Source: Mobula hypostoma (lineage: Eukaryota). From it: 64,000 nt of DNA. Positions 10,325 through 22,969 of this stretch are shown one piece after another. The notes below the pieces were generated by a model, which saw only the letters and a program-made list of their open reading frames with translations, searched no databases and was not told the DNA's origin. A program made the translations under genes and the position numbers. Numbering within the stretch: position 1 is the stretch's first letter; each line of letters begins with the position of its first letter. Location: positions 239,694,001-239,758,000 of the forward strand of contig NC_086097.1 of the NCBI RefSeq assembly GCF_963921235.1, given 5' to 3'.

Positions 10325-13300
10325 GACATAATAAGACCTTTGACCTATTGATTCTGCTCTGCCATTCAATCATGGCTGATCCTATTCTAACCTCCTCCTC
10401 AACTCCATTTCCCAGCCTTCTCCCTGCAACCTTTGATGCCATGTCCAATCAAGAACATATCAATCTCTGCCTTAAATACACCCAAAGACTTGGCCTACAC
10501 AGCTGCAGGTGGTAACAAATTCCACTAATTCACCACCCTCTGACAAAAGAAACTTCGCTGCATCTCTGTTTTAAATGGACACCCCTCTATCCAGAGGCTA
10601 TGCCCTCTTGTCCTAGATGCTCCCATGATGGGAAACATCGTTTCCACATCACTCTGTCTAGGCCTTTCAAAATTTGAAAGATTTCAATGAGATCTCCCCT
10701 CATACTTCTTTCTGAGTTTATGCAAGTATGGACCCAGAGACATTAAACGTTTCTCGTATGAAGGGCTAAAGTGCCTGTACTTCAATGCAAGAAGCATCAG
10801 GAACAAAGGTGATGAACTGAGAGCTTGGATACATACATGGAATTATGATGTAGTGGCCATTACAGAGACTTGGCTGGCACCAGGGCAGGAATAGATTCTC
10901 AACATTCCTGGATTTCAGTGCTTTAAAAGGGATAGAGAGGGCGGAAAAAGGGGAGGAGGGGTGGCATTACTGGCCAGGGATACTATTACAGCTACAGAAA
11001 GGGTGGGTAATGTAGCAGGATCCTCTTTTGAGTCAGTATGGGTAGAAGGCAGAAACAGGAAGGGAGCAATTACTCTATTGGGGGTATTCTACAGGCCCCC
11101 CGGTAGCAGCAGAGATACCGAGGAGCAGATTGGGAGGCAGATTTTGGAAAGGTGCAAAAATAACAGGGTTGTTATCATGGGTGACTTTAACTTCCCTAAT
11201 ATTGGTTGGCACCTGGTTAGTTCCAATGGTTTAGATGGGGCAGAGTTTGTTAAGTGTGTCCAGGACGGATTCCTGTCACAATATGTTGACAGGTCGACTA
11301 GGGGGAATGCCATACTAGATCTAGTACTAGGTAATGAACCGGGTCAGGTCACAGATCTCTCAGTGGGTGAGCATCTGGGGGACCGTGACCACCGCTCACT
11401 GGCCTTTAACATTATCATGGAAAAGGATAGAATCAGAGAGGACAGGAAATTCTTTAACTGGGGAAGGACAAATTATGAGGCTGTAAGGCTAGAACTTGCG
11501 GGTGTGAATTGGGATGATGTTTTTGCAGGGAAATGTACTATGGACATCTGGTCGATGTTTAGGAATCTCTTGCTGGATGTTAGGGATAAATTTGTCCCGG
11601 TGAGGAAGATAAAGAATGGTAGGGTGAAGGAACCATGGGTGACAAGTGAGGTGGAAAATCTAGTCAGTTGGAAGAAGGCAGCATACATGAGGTTTAGGAA
11701 GCAAGGATCAGATGGGTCTATTGAGGAATATAGGGAAGCAAGAAAGGAGCTTAAGAAGGGGCTGAGGAAAGAAAGAAGAGGGCATGAGAAGGCCTTGGCG
11801 AGTCAGGTAAAGGAAAATTCCAAGGCATTCTTCAATTATGTGAAGAACAAAATGATGACAGGAGTGACGGTATGACCAATTAGAGATAAAGGTGGGAAGA
11901 TGTGCCTGGAGGCTGTGAGTGAGGTCCTCAATGAATACTTCTCTTCAATATTCACCAATGAGAAGGAACTTGATGAAGGTGAGGACAATATGAGTGAGGT
12001 TGATGTTCTGGAGCATGTTGATATTAAGGGAGAGGAGGTGTTGGAGTTGTTAAAATACATTAGGACAGATAAGTCCCTGGGGCCCGACAGAATATTCCCC
12101 AGGCTGCTCCATGAGGCGAGGGAAGAGATTGCTGAGCCTCTGGCTAGGATCTTCATGTCCTCATTGTCTACAGGAATGGTACCAGAGGATTGGAGGGAGG
12201 CAAATGTTGTCCCCTTGTTCAAAAAAGGTAGTAGGGATAATCCAGGTAATTATAAACCAGTGAGCCTTATGTCTGTGGTGGGAAATCTGTTGGAAAAGAT
12301 TCTTAGAGATAGGATCTATGGGCATTTAGAGAATCATAGTCTGATCAGGGACAGTCAGCATGGCTTTGTGAAGAGCACATCATGTCTAAAAAGCCTGATA
12401 GAGTTCTTTGAGGAGGTGACCAGGCATATAGATGAGGGTAGTGTAGTAGATGTGATCTACTTGGATTTTAGTGGCATTTGACAAGGTTCCACACAGTAGG
12501 CTTATTCAGAAAGTCAGAAGGCATGGGATGCAGGGAAGTTTGGCCAGGTGGATTCAGAATTGGCTCGCCTGCAGAAAGCAGAGGGTTGTGGTGGAGGGAG
12601 TACATTTGGATTGGAGGGTTGTGACTAGTGGTGTCCCACAAGGATCGGTTCTGGGACCTCTGCTTTTTGTGATTTTTATTAACGCCCTAAATGTGGGGGT
12701 AGAAGGGTGGGCTGGCAAGTTTGCAGATGACACAAAGGTTGGTGGTGTTGTGGATAGTGTAGAGGATTGTCGAAGATTGCAGAGAGACATTGATAGGATG
12801 CAGAAGTGGGCTGAGAAGTGGCAGATGGAGTTCAACCTGGAGAAGTGTGAGGTGGTACACTTTGGAAGGACAAACTCCAAGGCAGAGTACAAAGTAAATG
12901 GCAGGATACTTGGTAGTGTGGAGGAGCAGAGGGATCTCGGGGTACATATCCACAGATCCCTGAAAGTTGCCTCACAGATGGATAGGGTAGTTAAGAAAGC
13001 TTATGGGTTGTTAGCTTTCATAAATCAAGGGATAGAGTTTAAGAGTCACGGGGTAATGATGCAGGTTTATAAAACTCTGGTTAGACCACACTTGGAGTAC
13101 TGTGTCCAGTTCTGGTCGACTCACTATAGGAAGAATATGGAAGCGTTGGAAAAGGTACAGAGGAGATTTACCACGATGCTGCCTGGTTTAGAAAGTATGC
13201 ATTATGATCAGAGATTAAGGGAGCTAGGGCTTTACTCTTTGGAGAGAAGGAGGATGAGAGGAGACATGATAGAGGTGCACAAGATAATAAGAGGAATAGA

Positions 13301-15938
13301 TAGAGTGGACAGCCAACGCCTCTTCCCCAGGGTACCACTGTTCAATACAAGAGGACGTTGCTTTAAGGTAAGGGGTGGGAAGTTCAAGGGGGATATTAGA
13401 GGAAGGTTTTTGACTCAGAGACTGGTTGGTGCGTGGAATGCACTACATGAGTCAATGGTGGAGGCAGATATACTAGTGAAATTTAAGAGACTACTAGACA
13501 GGTATATGGAGGAATTTAAGGTGGGGGGTTATATGGGAGGCAGGGTTTAAGGGTTGGCACAACATTGTGGGCTGAAGGGCCTGTACTGTGCTGTACTATT
13601 CTATGTCCTATATGTTCTACAGCCTTTCATTCCTGGAATCATCCATGTGAACATCCTCTGGACCCTCTCCAATGCCAGCACATCTGTTCTCAGATGAGGA
13701 GCCAAAAACTGTTCACAATACTCAAGGTGAGAACTCACACTGCCCTATAATGCCTCAGCATTACATATCTGCTGTCGTATTGTAGATCTCTTGAAATGAA
13801 TGCTTACATTGCATTTGCCTTTCTCACCACCAATTCAACCTGCAAGTTAATATTTAAGGTGTTCTGCACAAGGACTCCCACGTCCCTTTGCATCTCAGAT
13901 TTTTGGATTTTCTCCCCATTTAGAAAATAGTCCACACATTTATTTCTACTACCAAAGTGCATGACCATGCATTTTCCAACATTATATTTCATTTGCCACT
14001 TTCTTGCCCATTCTCCTAATCTGCCTAAGTCCCTCTGCATCTTTCCTGTTTCCTCAACCCAACCTGCCCCTCCACCAATCTTCGTATCAGCTGCACACTT
14101 GGCAACAAAGCCATCTGTTTCATCATCTGAATCATTTATATACAGCATAAAAAGAAGTGGTCCCAACACTGGCCTCTGTAGAGCACCACTAGTCACTGGC
14201 AGCCAACCAGAAAAGAATCTTTTTATTACCACTCACTGCCTCCTTTCAATCAGCCAATGCTCTAACCATGTTAGTAACTTTCCTGTAATACCATGAGCTC
14301 TTAACTTGGTAAGCAGCCTCATGTGTGGCACTTTGTCAAAGGCCTTCTGAAAGTCCAAATATACAACATCCATTACACCCCTTTCATCTATCTGACTTGT
14401 TATTTCCTCAAAAGAATTCTAACAGGTTTGTCAGGCAAGGTATTCCCTTAAGGAAACCATGCTGACTTTGTCCTATCTTGTATTGTGTCACCAAGTATTC
14501 CATCACCTCATCCCTAACAATTGATTCTAACCTCTTCTCAACCACTGAGGTCAGGCTAACTGGTATAATTTCCTTTCTGCTGCGTTCCTCCTTTCTGAAA
14601 GATTGGAGTGAAAATTTTCAGGTCCTCTGGCACCATGCCAGAGTCCAATAATTTTTGAAGGATCATTGCTAATGCCTGGGGTGCTGTTCATCTGGTCCGG
14701 GTGACTTTAGGACTTTCAGCTTTTTGAGCACCTTCTCCCTTGTAATAGTAACCACACTCACTTCTCTTCCTTCACACACTACAAAATCTGGCACTCTGCT
14801 CGTGAATTCCACAGTGAAGACTGATGCAAAATACTCAATTAGTTCATATGCCATCTCCTTGTCCCCCATTATTATTTCTCCTGCCTCATTTTCTAGTGGT
14901 CCTATATCCACTCTCATCTCTCTTTTATTTTTTACATACTTGAAAAAGCTTTTACAATCCAATTTGATATAATTTGCTAGTTTGCTTTCATATTTCATTT
15001 CCTCCCTTCTGATGATTCTTTTAGTTGCTGTCTGTAGGTTTTTAAAAACCTCCCAATCCTCTATCTTCCCACTAATTTTTGCTTTGTTGTATGCCCTCTC
15101 TTTTGTTTTTACATTAGCCTTGACTTTCCTTGTCAGCCATGGTTATACTATTTTGCAATTTGAGTACTTCTTCATTTCTGGAATACACGTGTCTTGCACC
15201 TCCCTCATTTTTCCCCAGAAACGCATGCTATTGCTGCTTTGCTGACATCCTGGCCAGCAGCTCCTTCCAATTTACTTTGGCCAACTCCTCTCTCATACCA
15301 CTGTAATTTCCCTTATTCCACTGAAATACTGCTACATCAGATTTCACTTTCTCCCTATCAAATTTCAAGTTGAACACAATCATATTGTGATCACTGGTTC
15401 CTCAGTGTTCTTTTACCTTAAGCTCCCTGATCGCCTTTGGTTCATTACATAACACCCAGTCCAGTATATCTCATCCCCTAGTAGGCTCAATTACAAACTG
15501 CTTTAAAAAGCCATTTCTTAGGCATTTAACGAACTCACTCTCTTGAGATCCGTTACCAGCTTAATCTTCCCGATCGACCTGCATGTTAAAATCTCCCATG
15601 ACTATCATAACTTTACCCTTTTGACACGCCTTTTCTATTTCCTGTTTTAATCTGTGGTCAACCTCCCAGCCGCTGTTGGGAGGCCTGTATATAACTGCCA
15701 TCAGGGTCCTTATGCCCTTGCAGTTTCTGAACTCAACCCACAAAGATTCAACATGTTCTGATCCTCTGTCACACCTTTCTACTGATTTGATGCCATTCTT
15801 TACCAGAAGAGCCATGCCACCCTCCCTCTGCCTACCTTCCTATCCCTCCAATACCATGTGTAACCTTGGACGTTCAGCTCCTAACTACAACCGTCCTCCA
15901 GCCACAATTCAGTGATGACCACAACATCATGCCTGGCG
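10325..15938 (-). mobile_element. Older CR1 LINE (ORF2 region) split by a younger CR1
   Basis: Minus ORFs 15561-15815 (APE: IYRPPN..GDFN), 14669-14998 and 13804-14232 (RT). Sequence resumes across the 10761-13619 insert. Confidence 0.85.
10761..13619 (+). pseudogene. CR1 LINE with near-complete ORF2 (APE endonuclease + RT), one stop and one frameshift
   Basis: Begins GLKCLYFNARSIRNK. ORFs 10961-11875, 11900-12481 and 12471-13550 with GVPQGSVLGP and FADD. (TTCTATG)-like tail. Confidence 0.92.
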
Positions 15939-16469
15939 TACTGCTGTCACTAATTAACAAATTTCACGACTTATGCCAGTGTTATTAAACCTGATTTTAA
16001 TTCTAATTCTGATTCTGAAGCCTTCTGCACAAGAGCTCAGTACTCAGCCATCACACAGGCTTCTTAACAAATGCTGATGGATCTAATCTAATTAAAAATG
16101 GAAAACTTGTCTGCAATGAAGCCTATAGCATCATCGACCTTTTGGCATGTGAAAACAGATGAAGTGCCACTTAAAATGTTTATACTTCTTGCAAGAATGG
16201 GCAGAAAAAGACAGTAGCAAAATCCAGTTTTTGTACAAATTTCACTCCAAAGGCACAAATACAATGTCTCCATTAGTGCTTCAGTGCAGTAATAGTGCCT
16301 TAAAAATAGATTCTTACAGTTAAACCATTAAATTAAATCTATCTGCCCTGTTGTGTATGGGCAAAGAGGATTCTATTGTATAATTTCATGAAGAAGGTCG
16401 CTGGACAATGCATACTTCCCAAATTTTCATGTGTAAAATATTCTTACTCAACATGTTGGTTCTCTAAGG

Positions 16470-17545
16470 TCATCATAGCTGTGGGGTGGTAATGGGCAAA
16501 AGCTCCCACTATCTATTAAATACTCCAATAGCGTGCGACTCAAATAGCATCTGACAACCAGGCCAGTCCCTGGCCTTCATGAGTGGCTTCTCTACTAAGA
16601 CTGGTGGAACCGTTTCTACTGACAGGGGAAGAAGCAAAGGTAAGTTATTGGCACCTTAAGACCAGTTGCTTTGGCAGATAGGGCTTGACAGTTGTGCTTG
16701 GCAATTCATATGGTTGTCCTGTCCAAGACCGGAAGAAGCTACAGAAGATCGTGAGCACAGCGCAGCACATCACACAAACCAATCTTCCATCCTTGGACTC
16801 ACTATACACCGCTTGCTGTCGGAGCAGTGCTGCCAGGATAATCAAGGACACAACCCACCCAGCCAACACACTTTTCATCGCTCTTCCCTCCGGGAGAAGG
16901 CTCAGGAGCTTGAAGACTCATAGGGCCAGATTTGGGAACAGCTTCTTTCCAACTGTGATAAGACTGCTGAACGGATCCTGACCCGGATCTGGGCCGTACT
17001 CTCCAAATATCCGGACCTGCTTATCGTTTTTTTTGCACTACCTTACTTTCCATTTTTCTATTTTCTATTTATGATTTATAATTTAAATTGTTAATATTTA
17101 CTATCGATTTGTAATCCAGGGAGCGGGAAGTGCAGAATCAAATATCGCTGTGACGATTGTATGTTCTAGTATCAATTGTTTGGCGACAATAAAGTATAAA
17201 GTATATGGGCGAAGAAAAACTCTGATCTCAAACCTTCACTGCCTTGTGGCTAGACCAACTCATGGGGAAGGCTTTGGGAGTAAACCCCAAGGAAAAATCC
17301 AGAGCTGGAGTCCCTAAGGCAGACCTGTGTCGAGTTCAATGGCAACTCTTGCGATCCTACTGATGACAAATCTGGGCTCTGCTGTTTCTTTCGATTCATC
17401 CGCTGCATGGAGAGGGGCCGCCAGCTACATATGGAGCAGCTTACTCTTCCTATCGTGCTGCCCTTGCTTGTATACTGGTTTGTGTATTGATTGATCGTAG
17501 ACAGCTAGGACACAGCATTCAATGGTCAACCCTGTTCAATGAAGT
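16470..17545 (+). mobile_element. RTE-type 5'UTR-derived element, split by a Rex/L2-type insertion
   Basis: Homology to 8840-9250 resumes after 17205. Confidence 0.45.
16706..17205 (+). mobile_element. Rex-Babar/L2-type LINE 3' fragment
   Basis: ORF ..IIKDTTHPANTLFIALPSGRRLRSLKT..RFGNSFFPTVIRLLN, ending in an AATAAAGTATAAAGTATA tail. Confidence 0.75.
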
Positions 17546-18352
17546 CCTCGTAAACATGGGTCCAAGAGTACCTCTTCATGCCTCACAGACGATGAGATAG
17601 TTTGGCAATGAAGATGAGTTTAACATCATTTTAAGTATCCACTTTTCCTAGTTCAGGATTATTTGAAGGAAGGATTAGGAGCTCTTTCAATATCCAGATA
17701 AGATCCAGTGACCTTTTTGAACTCCAAGAATAACATCAGATAGTAACATGATGAGGCCAAGAATAATGGTTTCTTCTTGAAGTCAAGTTGTTTGCCTATG
17801 CTATCATGTCACGTCAGCCAACTCACCCTGCAAAAAAAAAAAATCAGAATTAGGTTTATTAGCACTGATATATGTAGGGAAATTTGTTGCTTTGCGGCAG
17901 CAGAATAGTGAAATCATAAAAAAATACAATAAGTTACAAAAAATGTATAATCAGTGTATAAAAAGAGAAAAACAACTAGGAGGTGTTTGCGGGTTCATGA
18001 ACCATTCAGAAATCTGATCATCTGATATCACTAAAATAAAAAAATCATGTAGAGCTTAATTTAAGTCAGCAAAAGATAATCAACATTTTAAAATTATAAA
18101 TGTTAGGTCCCTCTGGTCCAGAGTTTCTGCCCTTGGCCAGGTACAAAAGCCTATTCTTCCCAATTATACCACAGCTGAAGGCTGTGTTCCATGTCCACAG
18201 ATCCCCAGCTAGAGCCTTCCATAGCTAACTTAGCACCCTGACCACAAGCTGTAGATTTAGCAATTCCCAAACACTCATTCAAATGAAGACTGGCTCTTTT
18301 GTGAGCTTTTAAGAAACAGGCGTTCTGATTATTTTTCCTTCTCAAACATCAG

Positions 18353-18370
18353 ATGAGAATGCTGTTTAAG
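18353..18370 (+). other. Candidate 18-nt microexon (MRMLFK)
   Basis: CTGAT branch-like motif, pyrimidine tract, then CAG|ATGAGAATGCTGTTTAAG|GTAAGT in non-repeat DNA. Only phase 0 is open. Confidence 0.25.
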
Positions 18371-18394
18371 GTAAGTAAAGCATAGCATATATAT

Positions 18395-18765
18395 TTGTTC
18401 ATTATGTACTGTGTCATAGATGATCACTTAGGACATACTTTGTCTTTGACCAAGATTGTTCTTGGCAAATTTTTCCACAGAAGTAGCTTGCCGTTTCCTG
18501 CTTCTGGGCAGTGTCTTTACAAGATGAATCACCCAACCCATTATCAATACTCTTCAGAGATTTTCTGCCTGGCGCCAGTGGTCGTATAACCAGGAAGTGA
18601 TGTGCTCATACAACCATCCATCACCTGCTACCATGGCTTCACATGACCCTGATCAGGGCAGACTAAGCAGGTGCTACACCTTGCCCAAGGGTGACCTGCA
18701 CACTAGCAGAGGAAAAGAGCCCCTTACACCTTCTTTGGTGGAGATATATCTCCAACCCGTCACCC
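18395..18765 (-). mobile_element. RTE-related retroposon, second copy
   Basis: Aligns with 4676-5050 (ATTATCAATACTCTTCAGAGA, GCTACACCTTGCCCAAGGGTGA). Confidence 0.5.
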
Positions 18766-19213
18766 ATTTAACAGAATATATTATTCGATTGGTTATCTGG
18801 ATTCAACAATTATGTCTGCAGTAGATACTAAAGTACATGTGGATGGATTTAATTTTCCCACCTGTTAACTGAATACATGTCCTTTTGTCACATTTTAACC
18901 AAGAAGAATTCTCACAGAAAAATATAATGCGGATTGGCCTTCTTCCCAGAATTTCCAAGGTAAGCCATGTGAATTTTATAATTGCACACAGTATTCATTC
19001 CGCATTTGTGTGGCTGATTGAACTGCAGGCTATGCATACCAGTAAACTGCACAAAACAGATGAGTGCATTGCCAAGAAAGGATTGTGTTCAAATGAGAAT
19101 GCACAGTTGTTCACAGAAAGACAGAAACCTTTCGACTACTGACAATATGTCCCTCATTCATTCAGAGCAAAATATTTGAAGTTCAAACTAAATTTATCAT
19201 CAAAATACATATA

Positions 19214-19762
19214 CTCTCAGTGGCCACTTTATTTGGTAGCACCTCTAATAAAGTGATCACTGAGTGTAGATTTGGGGTCTTCTGCTGCAGTAGCTCATCT
19301 GCTTGTAGGTTCAACTTGCTGTGCGTTCTGAGGTACTCTTCTGTACTCCACTATTGTACGCATGGTTATTTGAGTTCATGTGGACTTCCAGTCAGCTTGA
19401 ACCAGTCAGGCCATTCTCCTCTGAAATCTCTCACTAATAAGGCATACAGATTGCCTCTCACCAGATGAGTCTTTTTTATTTTCACACCATTCTCTGTAAG
19501 CTTTAGTGCGCGTGAAACTTCCAGGAAATCAACACTTTCTGAGATACGCAAACCACCCCGTCTGGCACCACCAATTATTCCATGATCAAAGTCACTTAGA
19601 TGAAATTTCTTCCTCATTCTGATGATTGATCTGAACGTTAACTGAACCTCTTGACCGTGCCTGCATGCTTTTATGCCTTGAGCTGCTGCCACATGATTGG
19701 TTGATTAGATATTTGCATTAACAGGCAGGTGTACAGTACCTAATATAGTTGCCACTGAGTGT
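19214..19762 (-). mobile_element. Non-autonomous Tc1 derivative
   Basis: TIR-like ends (CAGTGGCCACTTTATT). ORF 19366-19692 contains the Tc1 N-terminus (LSDFDHGIIGGARRGGLRISE). An extra internal TIR forms a 55-bp mini-palindrome at 19214-19266. Confidence 0.75.
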
Positions 19763-19992
19763 GTGTTACCCTATCTTGAGATTCATTTTCTTGCAGCCAT
19801 TTTCAGGACAAAAAGGATAGAATTTTTTAAAAAGCTATACAGAAACAAAGAAAGACTGACAAATAACCAATGTGCAGGAGAAAGCAAACTGAGGAAATAA
19901 AAATTAATATTAAGAATCTGAGTTATAAAGAGTCCTTGAATGTAAGTCTGTTAAGTCATAGAGTCAGAGTAGCACTGACTGAAGTTAACCAG

Positions 19993-20201
19993 CAAACATG
20001 AGGGAATCTGCAGATGCTGGAATTTCAAGCAACACTCATAAAAGTTGCTGGTGAACGCAGCAGGCCAGGCAGCATCACTAGGAAGAGATACAGTCGACGT
20101 TTCAGGCTGAGACCCTTCGTCAGGGCTAACTGGTAGTTAGTCGACTGTATCTCTTTCTAGAGATGCTGCCTGGCCTGCTGCGTTCACCAGCAACTTTTAT
20201 G
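19993..20201. mobile_element. Fold-back Penelope mini-insertion (209 bp)
   Basis: Inverted arms with the tail only on the left. 13-bp TSD TGAAGTTAACCAG (19980-19992 / 20202-20214). Confidence 0.85.
20091..20127 (-). ncRNA. Minimal hammerhead ribozyme (core intact, one stem I mismatch)
   Basis: Reverse complement reads AGCC-CTGACGA-AGGGTCTCAGCCT-GAAAC-GTC-GACTG. Confidence 0.7.
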
Positions 20202-21212
20202 TGAAGTTAACCAGGTTGGTTCAGGAGCCTGCTGGTTTAGCATAATAACTAATCCCGAACCTGGTAGAGTGGGACCTAAGGCTCCTGTACCTGCTTCCTG
20301 ATGGCAGCAGTGAGAAGACAGCATGCCCTGAATGATGTGGGCCTTGATGCTAGGTGTTGCTTTCCTGTGGCAGCGCTCCATGTAAGTGTATTCTGTGGTG
20401 TGGAGGGCTTTGCCTGTGATGGATAAATCATTTCTGAAATGAAAGAACATTGTTGCAATGGCTGGAATTGCTAACATGTTCTCGCTTCTCTAGATTTGAT
20501 GTAACTGTGAGCAATTTGGTTTGAGTTGGGTTTTAAAAATCAAATGGGAAATTAGGCAGTAATATTAGCTTGAATCAATGTTTTCTGTTTAACAGCTCTG
20601 CCTGGTTCAGGAATTCAGCTGTGGGAGTGAATACATATTTTGCATGTTTGGATGTCAGACTTGAATCAGAGGTGTATTTAACGATGCTATTTAAACATTA
20701 TAATAAACCCCTTAGTAAATTACAAATATGACATCTTAATAGTAATTTGAGTTAAATACATGCACCCATGCCACATCACATCATGTAAGTGAGAAGGAAA
20801 AATTCATCTCAAGAAACAGTATCATGAAGTTAAAAACCATGCAGAGTTTAATTGAAATCAGCAAAGAAATTTTAAAGTTAAAATAAAAAATCGGTATATG
20901 CAAGGAATATTTCAAGGAAAGTCTCAAATTCCACCTGCTAATTAATAAAAAAAAGTACTGGTTACACTTTCAACTGGTCAGCCAGTGAACCCAAAATTCA
21001 AGCCTGGCATTCGGTGTCACATCATCGACTAGACTGGGGGTCATCACCAAAGACTGAAGACGAAAGGTTGTTCAGAAATCCAGAAGTCAAAGGCCAACAA
21101 TCAAAGCCTGGAGAATCAAGACCTGTCCTGGAGTTGGAGGACTGTTCATATGTGTGGATGGGTGGGGGCTTGTTTTGCTGTTGTTTTGCTTATTGTGTGC
21201 TGTTTTATTTTT

Positions 21213-21737
21213 AGAAACCATAGAAACCATAGAAAAACTACAGCACAGAAACAGGCCTTTTGGCCCTTCTTGGCTGTGCTGAACCATTTTCTGCCTAGTC
21301 CCACTGACCTGCACACGGACCATATCCCTCCATACACGCCCCATCCATGTATCTGTCCAATTTATTCTTAAATGTTAAAAAAGAACCCGCATTTACCACC
21401 TCATCTGGCAGCTCATTCCACACTCCCACCACTCTCTGTGTGAAGAAGCCCCCCCTATTGTTCCCTCTAAACTTTTCCCCCCTCACCCTTGACCCATGTC
21501 CTCTGGTTTTTTTCTCCCCTTGCCTCAGTGGAAAAAGCCTGCTTGCATTCACTCTATCTATACCCATCATAATTTTATATACCTCTATCAAATCTCCCCT
21601 CATTCTTCTACGCTCCAGGGAATAAAGTCCTAACCTATTCAACCTTTCTCTGTAACTGAGTTTCTCAAGTCCCGGCAACATCCTTGTAAATCTTCTCTGC
21701 ACTCTTTCATCCTTATTGATATCCTTCCTGTAATTTT
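21213..21737 (-). mobile_element. Young CR1 3' fragment
   Basis: ORF 21295-21786 (CR1 portion) with (CATAGAAAC)n tail. Near-identical to 37637-38165. Confidence 0.9.
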
Positions 21738-21741
21738 GGCT

Positions 21742-21964
21742 CAAACAACAGGAATTCTGCAGATGCTGGAAATTCAAGAAACACACATCAAAGTTGCTGG
21801 TGAACGCAGCAGGCCAGGCAGCACCTGTAGGAAGAGGTGCAGTCGACGTTTCAGGCCGAGACCCTTCGTCAGAACTAACTCACGAAGGGTCTCGGCCTGA
21901 AACGTCGACTGCACCTCTTCCTACAGATGCTGCCTGGCCTGCTGCGTTCACCAGCAACTTTGAA
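21742..21964. mobile_element. Fold-back Penelope mini-insertion (223 bp) with two opposed hammerhead motifs
   Basis: About 80-bp near-perfect inverted arms with the tail on the left only. 12-bp TSD GTAATTTTGGCT (21730-21741 / 21965-21976). Confidence 0.88.
21840..21877 (-). ncRNA. Minimal hammerhead ribozyme (core intact)
   Basis: Reverse complement reads TAGTT-CTGACGA-AGGGTCTCGGCCT-GAAAC-GTC-GACTG. The + strand partner (21882-21911) is truncated within the core. Confidence 0.72.
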
Positions 21965-22969
21965 GTAATTTTGGCTGCTGTGTTGTTCTGATGAGCTTTC
22001 AGGGCATACTATATTGGGCCAGAATGTGTGATGACATTTGTTGGCTCTCCCTGGGTGTGACGGTTGTTAACGCAAACAACGCAATTCACTGTATATTTTC
22101 ATGTACATGTAATAAATAAATCTGAATCTGAATCTGAATCTCACATCAACCATTGAACTTGCCCAGAGTGATTGATGGAGCCAGGTGGGGATGATCTTTG
22201 ACTCCTGACTTAAACAGATGAGAGCGCAGGAGAAAAGCTGTACTGTCTCACCGAGGCTACAATATGAAGACTGGAAATGTTTTGTTGCCTTGGGCTTTAC
22301 TTTAAGCTGTGAGTAGCAGAAGGGTAATTAGCGAGAAGCTGGGAAATGAGCCAGCCCCAAGCAGAACCAGCCAACGATTTAGGCCTGAGGGTGGAAGATT
22401 TTTCCAACACTGAAACTCCAGCATTGGGGCAACTTCTATGGGCCAGCAGAATCACTGAGATTTCCAGATCAGATTTACAATTAGCTTGGGATTCCAATTC
22501 ACATATTGAAGCAGTTTCCTCCCATAAGCAAGCAAAGATGATCCTCGCTCATTTGAAGGCCGAGCTAAAAATTGTATCAGGCAGGCCTTCACAGATGGGG
22601 ATTTTCTCTCACTAAGTAAGCTGGCAATTGAAGTCATTCCCAATGTCCTTGTCCCTGCATTTAGTTACGTAGTGATGCAGTTAGCACAACAAGGATTCCG
22701 TGTTAATTAGTTGTATGAATGGCATTCGTAAAAATGTAACAAAAATTAATGATGCTCTCAGAGCATTTCATTCACTCCATTATGTAAATTTGTGCAGAGC
22801 ATATAAAGTAAATGTGAGTAAAATGCACATCTGTTTTTATTCAGATTTACTGATCGATTGACAAGCAAGAGTATTGAAAACAACTCAGCCACAATGACTG
22901 CATCACGTAGTTACACTATAGAAGAATCTTGGAATATTGGTGAAAATATCTTAACACATTAACTGCATT

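Noticed and set aside
11089..12953. Several antisense ORFs opposite CR1 ORF2 (also near 39486 and 47313)
   Set aside because: Shadow ORFs produced by the codon bias of the RT gene.
18918..18959. Possible 42-nt + strand exon ending AAG|GTAAGC
   Set aside because: Weak pyrimidine tract and unrecognised peptide.
21742..21964. Interpretation as a DNA-transposon MITE or miRNA hairpin gene
   Set aside because: The arms are the Penelope 3' UTR seen at 27520-27656, the ends are asymmetric, and TSD length varies from 12 to 14 bp, which fits retrotransposition.
22346..22615. 89-aa ORF in non-repetitive DNA
   Set aside because: No recognisable domain and no convincing acceptor; the length is within chance expectation.
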